The notes beneath the pieces were generated by a model. It worked only from the letters and a program-made list of their open reading frames with translations, was not told the DNA's origin and searched no databases. This document shows positions 8,481 through 9,617 of a DNA stretch of 9,617 nucleotides, piece by piece. Every line of letters begins with the position of its first letter. Positions within the stretch are counted from its first letter, which is position 1. The stretch covers positions 1 through 9,617 of the forward strand of contig NW_021828338.1 in the NCBI RefSeq assembly GCF_006345805.1, in the 5' to 3' direction. This stretch comes from Octopus sinensis. Lineage: Eukaryota. The position numbers and the translations under genes were made by a program.

Positions 8481-8781
8481 CAAGAGAAAGGGGACATCTA
8501 TGGACCATTGATGAGGAGTTTGCAAATCCAGAACGTAAGATACACTTTCAGCTTCATATCTATTATTAGTGGAATAACAGGATACATAGCAACCAGTCTG
8601 AAGCAAAGTATGGCAGAATTTGGGATCTTGGGTAGAGAATGCAAATCCTTAATTCTTAAGCTACCAATGGCTGCGATATTTGGGATTATAAAATCTGCAA
8701 GACTTTCTTTAGATTTAAAAGATGATGTTTAAAACAAGATGCTTTCCTTCAAAACCTTCCTACCAAGTACGTGGCCGGTCA
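8481..8781 (+). pseudogene. Unrearranged end of the RLE ORF and start of the 3' UTR, LINE family 2
   Basis: QEKGDIYGPLMRSLQIQNVRYTFSFISIISGITGYIATSLKQSMAEFGILGRECKSLILKLPMAAIFGIIKSARLSLDLKDDV* (stop ends at 8732), colinear with the family 1 C-terminus (E...LI..L...AI.G..K). Confidence 0.8.
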
Positions 8782-8785
8782 ATGC

Positions 8786-9417
8786 TACCACAGGATAAGG
8801 AGCTTGCAATTACTCCAAGATAGACTTCCAGCTTCATACGTATTATTATTGGGGCATCGGGTGTATACCAACCCATCTGAAGTAGCGCATGGCAGAATTT
8901 GGGATCTTGGGTAGAGAATGCAAATTCTTAATTCATAAGCTACCAATGGCTGCGATAACTAGGACTAGAGATTTCTGCAAGACCTTCTTAGTGAAGACGC
9001 GTGTATCAGTGGTTAGAGCGTCGAGCTTACGATCGTGAGGTTGTGAGCTCGAATCCCGGACCGGGCTGCGTGTTGTGTTCTTGAGCAAGGCACTTTATTT
9101 CACGTTGCTCCAGTTCACTCAGCTGTAGAAATGAGTTGCGACGTCGCAGGTGCCAAGCTGTATCGGCCCCTTTGCCTTTCCCTTGGACAACATCGGTGAC
9201 GTGGAAAGGGGAGGCCGGTATGCATGGGCGACTGCTGGTCTTCCATAAAAAAACAACCTTGCCCAGACTTGTGCCTCAGAGGGTAACTCTCTAGGTGCAA
9301 ACCCATGGTCAGTGTCAGACCGAAAGGGGTCACCATCTTAGGATTTAAAGAATAATCGAAGAATAAGAAAACAACAAAAAACAAGATACTTTCTATCAGA
9401 ATCTTGCTACGAATTAG
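8786..9417 (+). mobile_element. Further diverged duplicate of the family 2 LINE 3' end, interrupted by a SINE
   Basis: 8786-8991 encodes ...IPTHLK*RMAEFGILGRECKFLIHKLPMAAITRTRDFCKTFL. After the SINE, 9337-9417 resumes similarity to 8707-8770 (cttaggatttaaagaataat...aaaacaagatactttc). Confidence 0.75.
8992..9335 (+). mobile_element. tRNA-derived SINE flanked by a 6-bp target-site duplication
   Basis: Degenerate A box TGTATCAGTGG (9002-12), B box AGCTCGAATCC (9046-56), CORE-like GTGTTCTTGAGCAAGGCACTT...CACTCAGCTGT. TCTTAG occurs at both 8986-8991 and 9336-9341. Confidence 0.87.
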
Positions 9418-9617
9418 AATTATAAGGAAACACACACACACACACACGCATGCACACGCGTACACAAGCGTTGATTCGTTCGTTGTTCATTTTTATGACG
9501 AGGGAGAAAATCACCGTCTCAGAAGTTGATATTTTAATTTTTTTTTTATTTGTCTCTCTTCAAAAAGTAAATCAGGGTTTAGAGAAAGTTACTTCGAATT
9601 TAATGGAATGAACTACA

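Noticed and set aside
6136-8732. Array ORFs as a functional tandem multigene family
   Set aside because: They are partial RLE fragments broken by frameshifts and lack the full catalytic context and any RT domain.
9418-9617. CA repeat and AT-rich unique tail as a promoter or exon
   Set aside because: No recognisable motif or coding signal.

Overview
This is eukaryotic, repeat-derived, non-genic DNA. The SINE and LINE types resemble those I recall from octopus/coleoid cephalopods (inference, not database-checked). No host protein-coding gene is supportable: the long ORFs in the track are either stop-free readings of microsatellites or decayed retrotransposon coding sequence. Layout: 1-3260 compound microsatellites; 3265-3682 two oppositely oriented type I hammerhead-ribozyme-like motifs, probably Penelope-like element remnants; three tRNA-derived SINEs (3741-4043 minus, 5381-5832 plus, 8992-9335 plus with a TCTTAG target-site duplication); and several plus-strand 3' fragments of two diverged R2-superfamily (probably R4/Dong-like) LINE families with a restriction-like endonuclease (RLE), associated with (TACA)n. 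The most striking feature is a ~2.3-kb tandem array (6211-8480) of eight ~280-288-bp monomers inside one LINE copy. Each monomer is the end of the RLE region rearranged as A - inverted C - B relative to the intact A-B-C copy at 8481-8770, and the monomers form a ~850-bp trimeric higher-order repeat.
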